A stretch of 64,000 nt of DNA from Camelus dromedarius (lineage: Eukaryota). Below are positions 60,406-64,000 of this stretch, one piece after another (positions within the stretch are counted from its first letter, which is position 1; each line of letters starts with the position of its first letter). The stretch spans positions 59,086,001-59,150,000 of the forward strand of contig NC_087437.1 of NCBI RefSeq assembly GCF_036321535.1. Direction: 5' to 3'. The notes under the pieces are model-generated. The model was not told where the DNA came from and made no database searches. It worked only from the letters and a program-made list of their open reading frames with translations. The position numbers and the translations under genes were made by a program.

Positions 60406-61074
60406 CGACAGAGAGAGAATTTCATTTTCAATTGCCAAAAGCCCCGAGTTGGTGGAGATATCGAACGCTTGTGGAGATATTGAGTGCTTGTGGAAATATT
60501 GTTAAACCTCATGTTTTGAATACTGTGGGCGTTTACCTCAGGTGCCTCACAAGGTCCCCGCACCCTGGGCCAGCACTTCCAGTGTAACGAGATGGTTCCT
60601 GCTCGTGGACTCTGATGCCTCACAGTGAAAGGACACAACATTTTCCCTGTCTTTTCAGGAGCAAATGGGATTTTCTGAGAAGAATCTTCCTCTTGTTTTC
60701 CTTCTCACTTGCAGAAGGACAGCTCAGGAGGTGGGGCTGACAGCTCCCCCACCTCCCATAATTGTATCCTTCCCTTCCTCTCCCATCCTGAGTATTTGTC
60801 ATTCTCTGCTTGTGGCAAATTGCTTTTCACCTTTGAAAACCACGAATGGTTGCTAACACAGACAGCCTGGAAGTTTTTCCACAAGCAAGGGATGTTTGGA
60901 GACAAACACTATAGATTACCTCCCCCAACAGCAGCGTCACTGAAAGTCAACTGACTACGCATTTGTGGGCAGACTGAAGCCAGTACTACACCAGACGTCC
61001 TCGTGCTGGGTGATGCAGAGACAGGTTCTGCCTCAGAGGAGCTCTCAGACCAGGAAGAGAGATGATTTGGACTC

Positions 61075-61680
61075 GATAAATATTTTCTTAAGCACTTACT
61101 AAATGCTAGACGCTGGGCAGCCTACAGTGAATGATGAATGGGCCTGCCCTTGAGCAGTTCATCATCATGTGTAGGAGAGATTCCTGACAATTTCAATACT
61201 CTCTTTGAGGTTCTGTGGAGGAGACTGGGCAGGTGAAGGAAAGGGTGGCTGGTGCGAAGGGAGCAAATTGGAAGTTAAATGTCAGAGGGAGGTGGGAGTT
61301 CAGCAGGACCAGCAGGGTGGGCAGTTAGCTGGAAGGGGCTTCTGGCAGAGGGATAACAAGGGCAGAGGTGGGCCTCTACTGCTGGGTCCAAGGCTCCTGT
61401 GGCTGGAGGAGGGAGGGAGGTGGGCTTGCAGAGGCAGGCAGGGAAAGCACGGAGGGCAGAAGGCAAGGGTGCAGAAGGTCTGTTGCAACAAAAAGATAGG
61501 AAAAGTGTAAGGGGGCAGGGGACAGTGAAAGAGTTTAGACTTTATCATGTAAGCAGGGGGAGCTCGGGAAAGGATTGCTTGGTGTGGAAGTGGGGACGTG
61601 GCAGTGGGGAGATCACTGTTGGAGGCTGTTGCCAGGGTGAGAGACAGATGACGAGGGCCCTGGCGGAGTGGCAGGCAGTT
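61075..61680 (-). mobile_element. L2 segment
   Basis: gataaatattttcttaagcacttact...gtgaaagagtttagactttatc...gctgttgccagggtgagagacagatg. Confidence 0.65.
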
Positions 61681-63854
61681 GGGGGAACGACAACTACCAT
61701 AATGAGAACATGGCCTTCCCATTCCCCCCACGACTACCATATGAAGCCCCCACTTCAAGTGCCCTCTCAGACCCCATCCCCAGATCCTCTCCCCCACTCC
61801 ACCCACCCTCCTTTGCTGCTCCCCACTGGAGATGGTATCAGAAAACCAGAGCTTCTAGAGAATATGTACATTCACACATGGGGAGACAGATGGGGCTGAG
61901 AAGCCAGAACGGTTCAACCTGAAAGCAGGTGTCCATGGGTATCTCCCTGCCCCAAAAGTTTCCCGCCCACTCCTGCATGCACACGTGCGTGTGGATGATC
62001 GCTTTCCCTGAATTTCCAGCAACTAGAAATCAACCGGGAGGACAAAATCCTCTTTAAGAAAGTCCATCCTGATTTACACCTGGAAACGTGGGGATCCTGG
62101 GCACTGGGAGACGCAGGCGACCATGAAACATTTCTTTTCCCTGAGACAGTGCACTCCCTGCTCCAATCAGCTGGTTTACAACCCTTTGGTGCCTGGGTGC
62201 TTGGGGTGCCAGGATTTGCTTGGTTTGGTGCGAGTCAGCAGCAGGTGAAGGAGGAGGGGCACAGGACTGGGCAGCCATCCAGGCTCTGCTGCTGCATGGG
62301 TCCCTTCCCTCTCCAGGCTTCAGTTTCCCAATCTGTAAAATAGTGGGTCAGAGCAGCTGGCAGCGAGGTGCCTATGGTCTCTGACCCCTCCTCCCTAGGT
62401 GTATGTGTGCCGGTCACTGGGTTACTCCACCAGGACCAGGGAATGCCTTCCACCTCCTGCCCTGGAGCCAAGCCTTTCCACCAATTCCGTTTATTTGTCT
62501 TTGAACTCTGCTGAAAAGGAGTGAATGCCAGTCATAGCTGCCAGCTGGCAGGTAGCTCACTCAAAGGTGGCGGGTGCCTCTGATGGGCTGGGCGAAAGCC
62601 CCTTCCCAGCCGCCTTCCCCTTGCATCCATCAGTGCCCCCAGCTGGGCTCACTAAGGTTTCAGTGGTGGCTGGTGGCAGCTGCCTACTCATAAGGGCTCT
62701 GGTCTGCCCCTTCATCCCTTTCTAACTGGGCCTTGGACAGCTTTCAGGTTTCAGGCACATTCACTGCCAAAGCCTCCACCCAGCCTGCAACCTGAGGAAG
62801 GTGCCGAAGGCCTGTGCAAGGAGGCCAACACCTCTGACCACAGGCAGCCTGGGGAGCAGAGCCCGGGGAGCACAGGCAGCCACGGGGGCCACAGCCTGGG
62901 CCTGGATAGGCCACCAGGGAGGGAGAGAGCAGCAGAGGAGGCTGCCTGGAGGCTCTGCCTGCCTCTCCCAGGGACAGCGGTGGAACCTGGGCTGGAAGAG
63001 AGCTGAGGAGGGCAGGAAACAGTGATGGGGAAATGAGTCGCTGGTCAGAGAAACAAGGAGGGTTAAAGTAAAGAAAGTCGAGGCAGCTCTGCAGCAGGAC
63101 GGAAGGCAAGGGGAGGGTGCCCTCCGCACGGTGGGGGGGGGGGGCGGGGGGCAGGGCGTGACCCCCTGAGGAAGCCCTGGCCCCAGGCCCAGCTGGGCTG
63201 GCTGCAGCTCTTCTTGGCTCTGACAAACTCCCTTGGAAACAAATCTCTGCTCCTTACGTCTTTGTTCTCTTTGGCTAACAATGGAGTCGGAGCTGTTGGC
63301 CTGAAACTTTTTTTTTCCTTTTTTCCTTTTTAATCGTGCTCCCTACTTTTTTCTGCTGCTTAAAAACAAAAAAAAGGTTTGAACCAAGATGTAGTGCAAA
63401 TGCTTTCATTTCTTAAAGTTTCTTTAAGAAAACAATGGTGCTCACAGGAAAACGGCAGTGACCCCAGTGTTTGCACAGCACTTCAGTGTGTAGAAAATCC
63501 TGCACACAGATATTTGCTACAGCCCAGAGCTGCAAAGAGGGCAGGTGTTACCCTCCCCACACCCAGGGGGAGAAGGCACACCCTGGTCAGGTAAGGGCCC
63601 AGGGACCTGGACTCTGCAAGAAGACCCTGGGGCAAATTTCCCTGTGGCCCCTCTAGGCCCCAACAGCACCCAAAGGGAAGGAAGCCCCTGCCCTCTAATG
63701 AAACTCCCCTTTAACCTTTTGCCCTAGGCAGCCTCACTTAGGGACAACTGGGTGGCACGCGAGGTATTCAGAGCTGAGGAACTGCCTCGATGCCCCTACG
63801 GGGATCAATCTTATCTCCCTCCTTGACCAAGAAGGAAGGGTAGTGCCTGCCTCT

Positions 63855-64000
63855 ACACTTCTTGAGCACCTACTGTGTGTGTGCTCAAGCATCTGCCAAC
63901 AGGATCTCGTTTTAAACACAACAGCCACCTTGCAGAGTGCTATTAATCCCCTTTTCTAATTAAGAAAAGAGGCGACAGCCAAGGCCACACCCAGGAAGCT
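63855..64000 (-). mobile_element. MIR SINE (runs off window end)
   Basis: cttcttgagcacctactgtgtg...tgctattaatccccttttcta...gccaaggccacac. Confidence 0.65.

Noticed and set aside
1-64000. CRISPR arrays, operons, phage or defence systems, rRNA genes
   Set aside because: No regularly spaced repeats or gene-dense coding DNA; the window is eukaryotic repeat-rich non-coding sequence.
1-64000. Naming the neighbouring or host gene
   Set aside because: No exon or diagnostic sequence is recognisable; a BLAST or liftover of the unique blocks (7.0-7.4, 15.6-16.3, 27.5-27.8 kb) is required.

Overview
Mammalian non-coding DNA, almost certainly camelid (camel/llama/alpaca): it carries four copies of the tRNA-Ala-derived Vic-1-type SINE. 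I found no host protein-coding exon, RNA gene or CRISPR array that I can support, and I cannot name the neighbouring gene. The window looks like an intergenic or large-intron regulatory landscape. It contains ancient MIR, L2 and L3 fragments, MaLR/ERVL/ERV1 solo LTRs, hAT DNA transposons (MER45, MER58A, MER5A, MER33), one young 5'-truncated L1 with its TSD, several microsatellites, and enhancer-like unique blocks. Those blocks include an orphan CpG island with five same-strand CTTTGT HMG-box sites, SOX/TCF/homeodomain-rich blocks, NRF2/MAF-type AP-1 sites, and a probable CTCF site. The most solid unexpected observation is that the N-runs behave as exact-length masks rather than sized gaps: all three inside the L1 keep the reading frame and match the codon count of human L1 ORF2 as I recall it. 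The other six N-runs therefore probably hide real sequence, several in the middle of putative conserved enhancers. I found no convincing novel biological system. All regulatory calls are motif-level inference, repeat subfamily names come from recalled consensus sequences, and boundaries of old repeats are approximate.
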